A stretch of DNA of 55,260 bases, taken from an uncultured Sphaerochaeta sp. (lineage in GTDB: Bacteria > Spirochaetota > Spirochaetia > Sphaerochaetales > Sphaerochaetaceae). The notes beneath the pieces were generated by a model. The model was given only the letters and a program-made list of their open reading frames with translations. It did no database searches and had not been told where the DNA came from. Position numbers and translations under genes: made by a program. Of the stretch, positions 32,481-42,968 are shown one piece after another. Where the stretch lies: positions 1-55,260 of the forward strand of contig CAYUHP010000001.1 of the NCBI GenBank assembly GCA_964444595.1, read 5' to 3'. The stretch's first letter is position 1, and each line of letters opens with the position of its first letter.

Positions 32481-32740
32481 GGTGTCCGTACGCCTGCGTA
32501 TGGATTGTTAGGGCCAAACCGATTATCGCGGGTCGATAATGAGGTGGTTCCAGTTAAAAAGCTTGTTTTTTTAAAACAAATTGCTATGTCGCTTGGGCCT
32601 CATGGTGCCAACCGACCTCTGGAACCCCTTCTTCATTATTAATCCCCTCACTATCAGTTTGTCTCGCCGGAAATGGTAAAGGCTTTGGGCCTTTATGGCA
32701 TATAATTATTTTTTTGTGACTTCACTAGGAGCGTCACAAG
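32481..32740 (+). ncRNA. Candidate structured RNA (tuf/S10 5' leader or independent ncRNA), family unknown
   Basis: Nested long-range pairings: 32511-32523/32653-32665, 32535-32544/32631-32640, 32546-32553/32619-32626, plus flanking hairpins. Confidence 0.5.
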
Positions 32741-32749
32741 GAGGAACTG

Positions 32750-33940
32750 ATGGCTAAAGAGAAATTTGAGAGGACAAAGCCACACGTAAACGTAGGGACC
32801 ATTGGTCACGTTGACCACGGCAAGACCACCCTTACCGCAGCTATCACCCAGCACTGCGCACGGATGTTCGGTGATACGGCGCTCGCCTATGATGCTATTG
32901 ACAATGCTCCCGAGGAAAAGGAGCGCGGTATTACGATTAATACCCGACACGTCGAGTATCAGAGTAAAGAACGCCACTATGCGCACGTCGACTGTCCCGG
33001 ACACGCTGACTACATTAAGAACATGATCACCGGTGCTGCCCAGATGGACGGCGCGATCATCGTAGTTGCAGCAACTGACGGAGCCATGGCCCAGACCAGG
33101 GAGCACATTCTCCTTGCTCGCCAGGTTGGCGTACCTTCATTGGTCGTGTTCATCAACAAGACTGACCAAGTTGACGACCCCGATTTGATCGAGCTCGTTG
33201 AAGAAGAGATGCGCGAACTGCTCTCTGATCAAGGTTTTGATGGCGAAAACGCCCCTGTTATCGCAGGTTCTGCATACCTTGCATTGACGGAACCGGATAA
33301 CGCCGAAGCAACGAAGTGTATCGACGATTTGCTTGATGCGATGGATTCTTACATTCCGCTTCCGGAGCGTGCTGTTGACCTGCCGTTCTTGATGCCGATT
33401 GAAGACATCTTCACCGTTCCTGGCCGTGGAACCGTTGTTACTGGCCGAATCGAGCGTGGTATCCTGAAAGTTAACGATCCGATCTCCATCATTGGAATTC
33501 GCGAGACCCGCGACACCGTTTGTACTGGTGTTGAGATGTTCCGCAAGCTCCTCGATGAGGGACAAGCTGGTGATAACATTGGTGCTCTGCTTCGCGGTGT
33601 TGACCGAAAGGACGTTGTCCGTGGTCAGGTACTTGCCAAGCCGAAATCCATCAACCCTCACTCCAAGTTCCTTGGTACCGTATACGTACTGAGCAAGGAA
33701 GAGGGTGGTCGACACAGCCCGTTCTTCAGCGGCTACCGACCCCAGTTCTACTTCCGAACCACTGACATCACCGGAACAGTAAACCTTCCGGAAGGTAAGC
33801 AGATGGTTCTCCCTGGCGATCACACCGACATTATCGTCGAGTTGATCAACCCGATCGCAATGGATAAGGGACTCCGCTTCGCAATTCGCGAGGGTGGCCG
33901 AACCGTTGCTTCCGGTCAGGTCGTCGAGATTACCCAGTAA
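32750..33940 (+). CDS. tuf: Elongation factor Tu
   Basis: [30 protein letters not shown]. Confidence 0.98.
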   Translation: MAKEKFERTKPHVNVGTIGHVDHGKTTLTAAITQHCARMFGDTALAYDAIDNAPEEKERGITINTRHVEYQSKERHYAHVDCPGHADYIKNMITGAAQMDGAIIVVAATDGAMAQTREHILLARQVGVPSLVVFINKTDQVDDPDLIELVEEEMRELLSDQGFDGENAPVIAGSAYLALTEPDNAEATKCIDDLLDAMDSYIPLPERAVDLPFLMPIEDIFTVPGRGTVVTGRIERGILKVNDPISIIGIRETRDTVCTGVEMFRKLLDEGQAGDNIGALLRGVDRKDVVRGQVLAKPKSINPHSKFLGTVYVLSKEEGGRHSPFFSGYRPQFYFRTTDITGTVNLPEGKQMVLPGDHTDIIVELINPIAMDKGLRFAIREGGRTVASGQVVEITQ

Positions 33941-33953
33941 TCAACAACCGAAT

Positions 33954-33994
33954 GTCTTGCCACTGCCACAGGGTAGTGGCAAGGCCTGTTTTTT
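33954..33994 (+). terminator. Terminator/attenuator-like hairpin between tuf and rpsJ
   Basis: 14-bp stem GTCTTGCCACTGCC / GGTAGTGGCAAGGC followed by CTGTTTTTT. Confidence 0.6.
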
Positions 33995-34003
33995 GGAGGA
34001 ATA

Positions 34004-34312
34004 ATGGCTAAAGAGAGAATTCGAGTACGGCTCCGAGGCTTTGATGTTGAGCTTGTAGAACAAAGCTCCAAAGCAATCGTTGAGACCGTTGTCCGGGCAG
34101 GCGCCACAGTGAGCGGACCTGTTCCCCTTCCTACTCGTATCAACAAGTACACGGTCCTGAGATCGCCCTTTGTCAACAAGACGTCGCGCGAACAGTTCGA
34201 AATGCGGACACACAAGCGTTTAATAGACATTCTGGAACCTACTTCCAGTGTCATGGATGCCCTCATGAAACTTGAGCTCCCTGCTGGTGTGGATGTAGAG
34301 ATTAAACAGTAA
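34004..34312 (+). CDS. rpsJ: 30S ribosomal protein S10
   Basis: GPVPLPT; [15 protein letters not shown]. Confidence 0.98.
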   Translation: MAKERIRVRLRGFDVELVEQSSKAIVETVVRAGATVSGPVPLPTRINKYTVLRSPFVNKTSREQFEMRTHKRLIDILEPTSSVMDALMKLELPAGVDVEIKQ

Positions 34313-34329
34313 GAGAGTTGAGGTAAGAG

Positions 34330-34950
34330 ATGTTAGGGCTTATCGGCAAGAAAATTGGAATGACGCAGGTGTTTGATGCCAATGGTATCCTCACACCGGT
34401 AACCGTCATCAAAATTGAGGGCAACGTCGTAGTCGCGAACCGTAGTGAAGAAAAGCACGGGTACAACGCTGCACTGCTTGGCTCCATAGATAAAAAGAAG
34501 AGTACAACGACCAAACCATACGCTGGCCAATTCAAAGATGTCAGTGAACCAAAACAGCACCTGGTGGAGATCCGCGATTTTGATGCGGAAGTTCAGGTTG
34601 GCGATGTGTTAGGTGTGGATATATTCAATGAAATCTCCTTTGTGGATGTAACAGGAACCTCCAAGGGTAAAGGCTTCGCCGGTGGTGTGAAGCGCCATGG
34701 CTTTGGTGGTGGACGTGCCAGTCACGGTTCAAAGTTCCACCGCGGTATTGGTGGTACTGCAATGTCAGCTACCCCGTCGCGAACCTTTAAGGGAACACGA
34801 ATGCCTGGCCACATGGGTAACGAGCGCACAACGGTGCAAAACCTGAAAGTCGTTAAAGTCGACGAAGAGTTGCAGGTCCTCTTGGTAAAGGGTGCAGTAC
34901 CCGGTCCCGCCCAGAGTGTTGTCATCGTAAAGAAAGCGGTCAAGAAGTAG
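34330..34950 (+). CDS. rplC: 50S ribosomal protein L3
   Basis: [10 protein letters not shown]; SKGKGF; MPGHMG. Confidence 0.97.
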   Translation: MLGLIGKKIGMTQVFDANGILTPVTVIKIEGNVVVANRSEEKHGYNAALLGSIDKKKSTTTKPYAGQFKDVSEPKQHLVEIRDFDAEVQVGDVLGVDIFNEISFVDVTGTSKGKGFAGGVKRHGFGGGRASHGSKFHRGIGGTAMSATPSRTFKGTRMPGHMGNERTTVQNLKVVKVDEELQVLLVKGAVPGPAQSVVIVKKAVKK

Positions 34951-34960
34951 GGGCAGGGAA

Positions 34961-35605
34961 ATGAAAACGAAAGTCTATTCAATTGACGGCAAAGAGCTCA
35001 GAACGATCGAGTTGGACGATAGTGTCTTCAACCGAGAGGTGAGCAACGGTACGATCTACCACGCCGTGAACAATGAACTGGCAAACCGCCGAGTCGGAAC
35101 CGCCAGTACGAAAACGCGGGGTGAGGTGAACTACAGTAACACCAAGCCGTACAAACAGAAGGGAACTGGTAACGCCCGAGCGGGTGATAAAAAGAGCCCG
35201 ATTTGGACCGGTGGTGGTACGATCTTTGGGCCGAAGCCCCGAGACTACTCCTACAAGTTGCCTAAGAAGATGAAACGTCTTGCGATGAAGAGTCTCTTGA
35301 GCCTTGGTGTTCAAGATGAGCGGTTGATGGTCGTGGAAGATTTTACAATCGAAAGCGGCAAAACCCGAGATCTGAGCGCAATTCTTAAGAACTTTGTCAC
35401 CGACGAGAGCCGGACGATCCTCATTATCGGAAAGGATGATGAGCTTTTGCGCCGAGCAGCAAGGAACATTCCTTACTTGTATGTGCTCTCCTACAACAGC
35501 CTCAGTGCCAAAGAGTTGCTCTACGGACGCAAGCTTTTGGTCCTCGAAGGCGCGGCAAAGAACTTGAACACCTTCTACGGTGATGCAGAAGGACAAAGCA
35601 AATGA
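34961..35605 (+). CDS. rplD: 50S ribosomal protein L4
   Basis: [10 protein letters not shown]; [11 protein letters not shown]. Confidence 0.97.
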   Translation: MKTKVYSIDGKELRTIELDDSVFNREVSNGTIYHAVNNELANRRVGTASTKTRGEVNYSNTKPYKQKGTGNARAGDKKSPIWTGGGTIFGPKPRDYSYKLPKKMKRLAMKSLLSLGVQDERLMVVEDFTIESGKTRDLSAILKNFVTDESRTILIIGKDDELLRRAARNIPYLYVLSYNSLSAKELLYGRKLLVLEGAAKNLNTFYGDAEGQSK

Positions 35606-35904
35606 GAGCAGATCAGATAATCATCGAGCCGGTGCTCAGTGAAAAGAGTAACCTCGCCCGTGAGGCAGTAATGAAGAAGTACACGTTCCGTGTTCACATC
35701 GATGCGAACAAGCACATGATCAGCGATGCTGTCAGTGAGCTGTTTAAGGTAGATGTGGTGAAGTGCAACGTGATGATCGTAAAGGGCAAGCCAAAGTATT
35801 CCCGTACCCGCGGTGGTTCCATCAAGGGAACAACCGGAGACTGGAAGAAGGCTGTCGTGACGTTGGCCAAGGGTGAAACGATCCAGGCCATCGAAGGCGT
35901 ATAA
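35602..35904 (+). CDS. rplW: 50S ribosomal protein L23
   Basis: PVLSEKS; WKKAVVTL; operon position. Confidence 0.96.
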   Translation: MRADQIIIEPVLSEKSNLAREAVMKKYTFRVHIDANKHMISDAVSELFKVDVVKCNVMIVKGKPKYSRTRGGSIKGTTGDWKKAVVTLAKGETIQAIEGV

Positions 35905-35918
35905 GGAGAAGGTGCATC

Positions 35919-36743
35919 ATGGCTTTAAAGACATATAAACCCTATACTCCCACCCTCCGGCAAAAGACCACTCTGGATTATAGTGAAATTACCACCAACA
36001 AACCGGAGAAATCACTGACCAAGGGGCTTTCCAAGAAAGCCGGCCGGGACAGCTTCGGACGCATCAGCGTTCGCCGCCGCGGTGGTGGACACAAGCGGGC
36101 ATACCGAATCATCGATTTCAAACGTGATAAGGTTGGTATCCCCGGCGTTGTTCGGACGATCGAGTACGATCCTAACCGAACCGCAAATATCGCATTGGTG
36201 TTCTACGCCGACGGTGAAAAGCGCTACATGCTTGCCCCGAAAGGGATCAAAGTCGGAACAAAGGTCATCAGCGGTCCTGAAGCTCCCATTACGATTGGTA
36301 ACGCGCTTCCCTTGAAGGCGATTCCCCTCGGTCTTACCGTTCACAACGTTGAACTGAACCTCGGTAAGGGTGGGCAGATGGTCCGCTCCGCCGGTGGCAG
36401 TGCAACCGTTGCGGCTAAGGAAGGTGACTATGTTACCCTTCGGTTGCCCTCCGGTGAGATGCGCATGGTGTTCGGCGAGTGCTTTGCCACGATTGGCAGC
36501 CTCGGAAACGAAGACCACATGAACGTCAACCTTGGTAAGGCCGGCACAAGCCGCCACCTCGGTCGCCGACCTAAGGTGCGTGGTGTTGTAATGAACCCGA
36601 TCGATCACCCCCATGGTGGTGGTGAGGGTAAGACCAGCGGCGGTAGACACCCGGTAACCCCGTGGGGCAAGCCGACGAAGGGTCATAAGACTCGGTCGAA
36701 GAAGAAGCCTTCCGGCAAGTTCATCGTCAAGAAGCGGAAGTAG
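35919..36743 (+). CDS. rplB: 50S ribosomal protein L2
   Basis: IEYDPNR; [13 protein letters not shown]. Confidence 0.98.
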   Translation: MALKTYKPYTPTLRQKTTLDYSEITTNKPEKSLTKGLSKKAGRDSFGRISVRRRGGGHKRAYRIIDFKRDKVGIPGVVRTIEYDPNRTANIALVFYADGEKRYMLAPKGIKVGTKVISGPEAPITIGNALPLKAIPLGLTVHNVELNLGKGGQMVRSAGGSATVAAKEGDYVTLRLPSGEMRMVFGECFATIGSLGNEDHMNVNLGKAGTSRHLGRRPKVRGVVMNPIDHPHGGGEGKTSGGRHPVTPWGKPTKGHKTRSKKKPSGKFIVKKRK

Positions 36744-36752
36744 GAGTAAAAC

Positions 36753-37028
36753 GTGGCTAGATCAATCAAAAAAGGGCCTTTTATTGAAAAGAAGCTCTAT
36801 AAGCGAGTTCAGGATTCCCTGAAGGCAAATCAAAAGCAGATGATCAAGACCTATTCCAGAAGTTCGACGATCATCCCCGAGATGGTAGGCTTCACGATCT
36901 CTGTCTATAACGGCAAGACGTGGGTCCCGGTGTTCATCACCGAGAACTTAGTTGGACATAAGCTCGGAGAGTTTGCTCCCACCCGAATCTTCAGAGGCCA
37001 CGCCTCCGATAAGAAGGGAGGAAGGTAA
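36753..37028 (+). CDS. rpsS: 30S ribosomal protein S19
   Basis: RSIKKGPF; [11 protein letters not shown]; GTG start. Confidence 0.97.
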   Translation: MARSIKKGPFIEKKLYKRVQDSLKANQKQMIKTYSRSSTIIPEMVGFTISVYNGKTWVPVFITENLVGHKLGEFAPTRIFRGHASDKKGGR

Positions 37029-37030
37029 GA

Positions 37031-37405
37031 ATGGCTAGGAAAGAAGAAGGTAACAAAGGATATACCGCTACTGCAAAGTATCTGATGGTCAGTCCGCTGA
37101 AAGTTCGCCCCGTTGCGGACTTGGTGCGACACGAGTCCTATGTGAACGCTGTTTCAATTCTTGAAGCAATGCCACAGAAGGGCGCCAGCTTGATCCTCAA
37201 GGTTCTTAAGAGTGCCGCTGCAAACGCAACGTACCTCAACAAGAGAATCGACGAAGAGAATCTGGTGATCACCGATCTGCAAATCAACGAGGGACCTCGG
37301 CTGAAACGTGTTTGGCCGCGGAGCCACGGAAGACGAGATATCCTACTGAAGAGGATGTCTCACATTACCGTCAGCGTTGACGAAAAAGCGAGCGGGAGGA
37401 AGTAA
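37031..37405 (+). CDS. rplV: 50S ribosomal protein L22
   Basis: LKSAAANA; EGPRLKR; SHITV. Confidence 0.96.
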   Translation: MARKEEGNKGYTATAKYLMVSPLKVRPVADLVRHESYVNAVSILEAMPQKGASLILKVLKSAAANATYLNKRIDEENLVITDLQINEGPRLKRVWPRSHGRRDILLKRMSHITVSVDEKASGRK

Positions 37406-38116
37406 ATGGGCCAGAAAGTAAACCCGATCGGTCTGAGAATTGGGATCAACAAGACCTGGAAATCCAAGTGGTATGTAGACCCCCGCGAGTATGCGGACAC
37501 GCTGCACGAAGACTTGAAACTCCGAAAGGCACTGATGGGCAGTCCTGAAGCAGCCGGAGCGGAGATCAGCGATCTTGAGATCATCCGAAAGCCCCAGCGC
37601 ATTACGATGGTTATTACCACCAGTCGTCCGGGCGTGATTATCGGAAGCAAAGGTGCGAACGTCGAAAAGCTTGGCGAACGACTTCAGAAGCTCACCGATA
37701 AGAAGATTCAGATCAAGATTAAAGAAGTTAAGAAACCTGAAGCGGATGCTCAGTTGATCGCAATGAACGTTGCACGTCAGCTTGTTGCTCGTGGATCATT
37801 CCGCCGAGCGATGAAGATTGCCGTTTCCAAAGCGATGCAAAGCGGTGCTCAAGGTGTTAAGATTCGCCTTTCTGGTCGAATCGGTGGTGCCGAGATCGCT
37901 CGCAGTGAATGGATGAAAGAGGGGCGAATTCCTCTCCACACCCTTCGCAGTGATATCGACTATGGATTTGCAACTGCCGATACCAGCTTTGGTGTCGTCG
38001 GCGTCAAAGTTTGGGTATTCAACGGAGAGATCTACGATCGCCCAGTAAAAGACGAAGCCGGTGATCTTGTTCGCAAGAGCAGCAGGAATGAAGGTCTTGA
38101 GGCAAGGAGTTTGTAA
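37406..38116 (+). CDS. rpsC: 30S ribosomal protein S3
   Basis: MGQKVNPIGLRIG; GRIPLHTLR. Confidence 0.98.
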   Translation: MGQKVNPIGLRIGINKTWKSKWYVDPREYADTLHEDLKLRKALMGSPEAAGAEISDLEIIRKPQRITMVITTSRPGVIIGSKGANVEKLGERLQKLTDKKIQIKIKEVKKPEADAQLIAMNVARQLVARGSFRRAMKIAVSKAMQSGAQGVKIRLSGRIGGAEIARSEWMKEGRIPLHTLRSDIDYGFATADTSFGVVGVKVWVFNGEIYDRPVKDEAGDLVRKSSRNEGLEARSL

Positions 38117-38119
38117 GCA

Positions 38120-38536
38120 ATGCTGAGTCCTAAGAGAATTAAATACAGAAAGAAGCAGCGTGGCTCCGTTGATGGCATTGCCACCCGCGGCAATACAATC
38201 GCATTTGGCGAGTTTGGTCTCTTGGCGCTTGAGCCAAAGTGGATCACCAACCGCCAGATCGAGGCAGCTCGTGTTGCGATGACCCGTCACATTAAGCGTG
38301 GTGGTAAGGTATGGATCCGGATTTTCCCCGACATGCCCTACACCAAGAAGCCTGCTGAAACCCGAATGGGTAACGGAAAGGGAAACCCTGAAGGATGGGT
38401 CGCCGTGGTAAAAACCGGGGCGGTCATGTTCGAGATGGGTGGTGTCAGCGAAGAGCTCGCCCGTGAAGCGCTTGCGCTTGCCGGAAGCAAGCTTCCGATT
38501 AAGACGAAGTTCGTCTCCCGCCGGGAGGTGCTGTAA
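38120..38536 (+). CDS. rplP: 50S ribosomal protein L16
   Basis: RQIEAAR; ETRMGNGKG. Confidence 0.97.
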   Translation: MLSPKRIKYRKKQRGSVDGIATRGNTIAFGEFGLLALEPKWITNRQIEAARVAMTRHIKRGGKVWIRIFPDMPYTKKPAETRMGNGKGNPEGWVAVVKTGAVMFEMGGVSEELAREALALAGSKLPIKTKFVSRREVL

Positions 38537-38742
38537 TGAAACATTCCTATAAAGAGATGACCCTCGAGGAGTTGATCGCTAAAAAAGAGCAACTGCACAA
38601 AGAGTACTTCGACTTGAGGATGGGACGAGTGCTTGGGCACGTGGAAAACCCGCTTGCCGTAAGAACCGTTAGAAGAAATATTGCCCGAACGAATACCCTC
38701 ATTCGAGAGTTTGAACTCGGGATCCGCAAAGCTGCGAAGTAA
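38536..38742 (+). CDS. rpmC: 50S ribosomal protein L29
   Basis: ENP..VRRNIAR; position between rplP and rpsQ. Confidence 0.94.
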   Translation: MKHSYKEMTLEELIAKKEQLHKEYFDLRMGRVLGHVENPLAVRTVRRNIARTNTLIREFELGIRKAAK

Positions 38743-38756
38743 GGGAGAGCTCTGAT

Positions 38757-39008
38757 ATGCAAAAGGTAAGGAAGAGTTACACCGGAGTGGTGGTCAGCGA
38801 TAAGATGGAGAAGACGATCGTCGTCGAGCTCTCATCTCGCAAGTTGCACCCTCTGTACAAGAAATATTTGACCCGCACCAAGAAGGTGAAGGCCCACGAT
38901 GAGCAAAATGAGGCTGGCATCGGCGATACCGTTCGGATCGTTGAAACTCGCCCATTGAGTAAGGACAAGCACCATCGCCTCGTCCAGATCGTTGAGAAAG
39001 CCCGGTAA
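38757..39008 (+). CDS. rpsQ: 30S ribosomal protein S17
   Basis: [11 protein letters not shown]; ETRPLSK. Confidence 0.97.
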   Translation: MQKVRKSYTGVVVSDKMEKTIVVELSSRKLHPLYKKYLTRTKKVKAHDEQNEAGIGDTVRIVETRPLSKDKHHRLVQIVEKAR

Positions 39009-39024
39009 GTAAGGAGAAACGGTT

Positions 39025-39390
39025 ATGGTACAAATGCAAAGTTACATGAACGTTGCCGACAACAGCGGGGCTAAGACGGTGCAGGTGATTAAGGTCCTCG
39101 GTGGAACCCACCGCTACACCGCCGGCGTAGGTGATATCGTCACCGTAAGCGTCCGCAGTGCCCTGCCCAACGGTGCGATCAAGAAAGGTGAAGTTATGCG
39201 GGCGGTTATCGTCCGTACGAAGAAGGAATATCGAAGACCTGACGGTACCTATATCAGGTTCGATGATAACGCATGCGTCATCATCGATGCCAACAATAAC
39301 CCGCGCGGTAAGCGTATCTTTGGACCCGTAGCTCGTGAGCTGCGTGACCAGTACATGAAGATCGTATCGCTCGCGCCGGAAGTGTTGTAG
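39025..39390 (+). CDS. rplN: 50S ribosomal protein L14
   Basis: VADNSGAK; [10 protein letters not shown]. Confidence 0.98.
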   Translation: MVQMQSYMNVADNSGAKTVQVIKVLGGTHRYTAGVGDIVTVSVRSALPNGAIKKGEVMRAVIVRTKKEYRRPDGTYIRFDDNACVIIDANNNPRGKRIFGPVARELRDQYMKIVSLAPEVL

Positions 39391-39401
39391 GAGTGTTGCA
39401 C

Positions 39402-39707
39402 ATGAAGTTGAAGAAGAACGACACCGTGCTGATCATTGCCGGCAAAGACAAAGGCAAGAGTGGAAAGATCATCAAGATCGACCATGACAAGCAACGGGTC
39501 ATTGTCCAGGGCGCGAATATGATCAAAAAGACGATGCGCAAGAAGTCTGCCCAGGACCAAGGCGGTATCGTGGAGCTTGAGGCTCCGATTCACGTCTCCA
39601 ACGTTGCCTATATGACCTCAAAGGGTCAGACAAGCAAGATTGGTTATAAGTTCGACGAGAGCGGAAAGAAAGTCCGCTACGCTAAAAAGACTGGGGAAGT
39701 GATCTGA
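39402..39707 (+). CDS. rplX: 50S ribosomal protein L24
   Basis: [11 protein letters not shown] motif; EAPIHVSNV. Confidence 0.96.
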   Translation: MKLKKNDTVLIIAGKDKGKSGKIIKIDHDKQRVIVQGANMIKKTMRKKSAQDQGGIVELEAPIHVSNVAYMTSKGQTSKIGYKFDESGKKVRYAKKTGEVI

Positions 39708-40258
39708 TGGAAAAGTTTGTACCTAATCTTAAAAAACACTACCAAGAGACTGTTGCTGCCCAGCTGTTGAAAGAATTTGGCTACACTTCAAAGATGCAGA
39801 TCCCTGCTCTTGAGAAGATTGTAGTAAGTGTTGGTGTTGGTGATGCGATCTTGAATAAGAAGTTGCTTGACTCAGCAGTCAAGGAGCTGGAACAGATCAC
39901 CGGCCAGCATGTGGTGAAGACCAAAGCCCGAAAGTCAATCGCAAACTTCAAACTCCGTGATGGAATGGAGATTGGTGCGATGGTTACTCTGCGGGGAGAC
40001 AATATGTGGTACTTCCTCGAGCGACTGATCAGTATCGCTCTTCCCCGGGTAAAAGACTTCAGGGGAGTGAAGCCCAACGCCTTTGACGGCCGCGGTAACT
40101 ACTCGCTCGGCATTACCGAGCAGATCGTCTTCCCCGAGATTGATTTCGATAAGATCGAGCGTGTCAGTGGTTTGAATATTGCCATTGTTACGACTGCGAA
40201 GAGTGACGAAGAAGGCTATGCTCTGTTGAAGAATTTGGGCATGCCCTTCGCAAAGTAA
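39707..40258 (+). CDS. rplE: 50S ribosomal protein L5
   Basis: KSIANFKLR; LPRVKDFRG; FPEID. Confidence 0.97.
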   Translation: MEKFVPNLKKHYQETVAAQLLKEFGYTSKMQIPALEKIVVSVGVGDAILNKKLLDSAVKELEQITGQHVVKTKARKSIANFKLRDGMEIGAMVTLRGDNMWYFLERLISIALPRVKDFRGVKPNAFDGRGNYSLGITEQIVFPEIDFDKIERVSGLNIAIVTTAKSDEEGYALLKNLGMPFAK

Positions 40259-40270
40259 GGTGGGAAATAT

Positions 40271-40456
40271 ATGGCAAAGAAGTCGATGATCGTCAAGGCC
40301 AATAGGGAGCCGAAGTTCAGTACCCGCCGGGTAAACCGGTGTAAGGTGTGCGGCAGACCTCGCGGCTATATGCGGCAGTTTGACATGTGCAGGATCTGTT
40401 TTAGGAAGTTGGCTAGCGAAGGCCAGATTCCTGGTGTTACCAAATCTAGTTGGTAG
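40271..40456 (+). CDS. rpsN: 30S ribosomal protein S14, zinc-binding short form
   Basis: 61 aa with CKVC and CRIC. Confidence 0.96.
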   Translation: MAKKSMIVKANREPKFSTRRVNRCKVCGRPRGYMRQFDMCRICFRKLASEGQIPGVTKSSW

Positions 40457-40465
40457 GAGAGTGAA

Positions 40466-40864
40466 ATGGCTGTAAGTGATCCAGTAGCTGATATGCTGAC
40501 CAAAGTCAGAAACGCCAATATGGCGCGACATGAGAAGGTCGACGTGACTACGTCCAAAATGAAGCTTCAGATCGTAAAAATCCTCAAGAATGAGGGGTAC
40601 GTGAAGAACTTTAAGAAAGTAACAAAGGACGGTATTTCCTACATCCGTATTTTCCTCAAGTATGATGAGAAACAAGCTCCGGTCCTCCATGGCTTAGAGC
40701 GAATCTCAACTCCAGGAAGACGTGTTTATACGGGCTATCGGGATATGCCGCGCATCTACAACGGCCACGGTGTCGTTGTTGTCTCTACTTCTCACGGTGT
40801 CATCACCGGAAAGAAGGCGACTGAGAACAAGGTCGGTGGCGAACTGATCTGCTCAATCTGGTAA
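40466..40864 (+). CDS. rpsH: 30S ribosomal protein S8
   Basis: DPVADMLT; STPGRRVY; GGE. Confidence 0.97.
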   Translation: MAVSDPVADMLTKVRNANMARHEKVDVTTSKMKLQIVKILKNEGYVKNFKKVTKDGISYIRIFLKYDEKQAPVLHGLERISTPGRRVYTGYRDMPRIYNGHGVVVVSTSHGVITGKKATENKVGGELICSIW

Positions 40865-40874
40865 GGAGTTAGGA

Positions 40875-41417
40875 ATGTCCAGAATTGGAAATAACCCGAT
40901 TACCCTACCACAGGGAGTTACGGTTACAGTTGCCGATGGAATGATTCAAGTTGAAGGGCCGAAGGGCAAACTCAGCTTCAAGACTCGCGACGAGGTTACT
41001 CTCGTCCTTGAAGCGGGGAGTGTTGTGGTAAAACGAGTTAATGACTCGCAAGCCGCTCGTGCCTACCATGGCCTCTATCGCCAGTTGGTTGTAAACATGG
41101 TTGAAGGAGTTTCCAAGGGATTCTCAAAGACCTTGATCATCAACGGAGTTGGATTCCGAGCAGATTTAAAAGCCAACGTGCTTACCTTAAACCTTGGATA
41201 CGCCCAGCCGATCGACTTTGTGGTCCCCGAGGGAATCACTGCTGTGGTCGAGACGCCTACCAAAATTGTCCTCTCTGGCATCGATAAGCAACAGGTTGGA
41301 CAGACGGCAGCAGAGTTGCGCTCCTTGCGCAAGCCAGAGCCGTATAAGGGTAAGGGAATCCGCTACGAGGATGAGGTAATCCGCCGCAAGGCCGGTAAGA
41401 CCGCAGGTGCGAAGTGA
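40875..41417 (+). CDS. rplF: 50S ribosomal protein L6
   Basis: MSRIG; PEPYKGKGI. Confidence 0.97.
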   Translation: MSRIGNNPITLPQGVTVTVADGMIQVEGPKGKLSFKTRDEVTLVLEAGSVVVKRVNDSQAARAYHGLYRQLVVNMVEGVSKGFSKTLIINGVGFRADLKANVLTLNLGYAQPIDFVVPEGITAVVETPTKIVLSGIDKQQVGQTAAELRSLRKPEPYKGKGIRYEDEVIRRKAGKTAGAK

Positions 41418-41435
41418 TAAGGGTGGAAGGATAAG

Positions 41436-41795
41436 ATGAAAAAAGTAATCGATAAACAACGGAAACTGCAACAGCGAAAGCGCCACATCCGAAAGCGGAT
41501 CAGCGGCACCAGTGCCAAACCGCGGATGAGTGTGTATCGCTCCAACACCCACATGTATGTCCAAGTGATCGACGACGTGGCAGGAGTTACGCTTGCTGCG
41601 GCTTCAACCGTCGAACCGGAGCTCAAGGATTTGAAGAATAACGTCACCGATGCTCTGAAGCTTGGTGAGGCGATTGGACAGCGGATGCTTGAAAAGAAGA
41701 TCGACACGTGTGTGTTCGACCGAAACGGGCATCTCTACCATGGTATCGTCAAGTCAATCGCCGACGGCGCCCGCAAAGCCGGGATCAAGTTCTAG
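41436..41795 (+). CDS. rplR: 50S ribosomal protein L18
   Basis: PRMSVYRS; VFDRNG..YHG. Confidence 0.97.
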   Translation: MKKVIDKQRKLQQRKRHIRKRISGTSAKPRMSVYRSNTHMYVQVIDDVAGVTLAAASTVEPELKDLKNNVTDALKLGEAIGQRMLEKKIDTCVFDRNGHLYHGIVKSIADGARKAGIKF

Positions 41796-41804
41796 GGGGA
41801 CAGT

Positions 41805-42326
41805 GTGGATAGGAACCGAGACAGAAGAGATAGAGATAGAGAGAAAAGCGACGGTCTGACCGAAAAGCTGATCAAGATCAACCGCGTAGCGAAGGTTGTG
41901 AAGGGTGGACGCAGGTTCTCCTTCAGTGCAATCGTCGTTGTCGGAGACCAGAACGGCAAAGTCGGTTATGGCTTCGGTAAAGCGAATGACATCACCGAGG
42001 CGATCCGCAAAGCAGTGGAACGAGCCAAGAGTGCAATGATCCAGATCCCGATGAAGAACTCCACGATCCCTCACGAGATCATCGGAAACTACAAGGGTGC
42101 CAGCGTCTTGCTGAAGCCGGCAGTTCCCGGTACCGGAGTTATCGCCGGCGGTACGGTGCGAGCAATCTGTGATGCGGCTGGGATCCACGACATCCTCAGC
42201 AAGTCGCTTGGCTCAAAGAACCATATCAACACCGTCAAGGCAACGTTTGAAGCGTTAGAGAACCTCTTTAATGCTCGAGAGGTTGCCAAGAATCGGGGCA
42301 AATCCCTGAGTGAGATGTGGGGGTAA
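41805..42326 (+). CDS. rpsE: 30S ribosomal protein S5
   Basis: [14 protein letters not shown]; GTGVIAGG; GTG start. Confidence 0.97.
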   Translation: MDRNRDRRDRDREKSDGLTEKLIKINRVAKVVKGGRRFSFSAIVVVGDQNGKVGYGFGKANDITEAIRKAVERAKSAMIQIPMKNSTIPHEIIGNYKGASVLLKPAVPGTGVIAGGTVRAICDAAGIHDILSKSLGSKNHINTVKATFEALENLFNAREVAKNRGKSLSEMWG

Positions 42327-42329
42327 GAG

Positions 42330-42524
42330 ATGGCCAAGGCAAAACAAAAGCAAATTAAGATCACCCTCGTTCGAGGGCTCGCCGGAACACTTCCCAAGCA
42401 ACGAAGGACTGTAAAGGCCCTCGGCTTAGGACGTATTTCAAGCTCGGTGGTGCACGACTCCAATCCAGTCATCCTGGGAATGGTGAACGTCGTATCGCAC
42501 CTGGTGAAGGTCGAGGAGATATAA
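42330..42524 (+). CDS. rpmD: 50S ribosomal protein L30
   Basis: KITLVR..TVKALGL..GMV..VSHLV. Confidence 0.95.
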   Translation: MAKAKQKQIKITLVRGLAGTLPKQRRTVKALGLGRISSSVVHDSNPVILGMVNVVSHLVKVEEI

Positions 42525-42525
42525 G

Positions 42526-42957
42526 ATGGCAAAGATTATCGCACCTAAGGGTGCTAATACGAAGAAAACGATTCTCGGACGGGGCGCTTCTTCCAAAGGG
42601 CGAACCAGCGGACGAGGACACGATGGACAAAACTCCCGCTCCGGTGGAGGCACGCGACCCGGTTTTGAGGGCGGACAGATGCCCCTCTATCGTCGCCTTG
42701 CTCGTCGGGGTTTCTCCAACGAACCATTCAAGGTTGAGTATGAGGTTGTTTCCTTAGACGATATCTCCCGAGTGTTCAACGATGGAGATGTGGTCACTCT
42801 TGAAGCTCTGAAGGAGCTGGAAGTAGTGAAGGGCGTGAAGACCCAGGCTAAGATCCTCAACAACGGGGAACTTACCAAGAAGGTAATCATCGAAGGATTG
42901 AAGGTTTCTGCAAGCGCAATCGAAGCGATTAAAGCTGCGGGCGGTGAGATCAGATAA
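42526..42957 (+). CDS. rplO: 50S ribosomal protein L15
   Basis: GFEGGQMPLYRRL. Confidence 0.97.
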   Translation: MAKIIAPKGANTKKTILGRGASSKGRTSGRGHDGQNSRSGGGTRPGFEGGQMPLYRRLARRGFSNEPFKVEYEVVSLDDISRVFNDGDVVTLEALKELEVVKGVKTQAKILNNGELTKKVIIEGLKVSASAIEAIKAAGGEIR

Positions 42958-42968
42958 AGAAGGGCGTC

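Noticed and set aside
32398-32749. fusA pseudogene remnant
   Set aside because: No EF-G-like peptide was recognisable by eye and the region is better explained by promoter plus RNA structure; tBLASTn would settle it
41808-41846. GA-rich short repeat at the start of rpsE
   Set aside because: It encodes the Arg/Asp-rich N-terminal extension common in S5; not a contingency repeat
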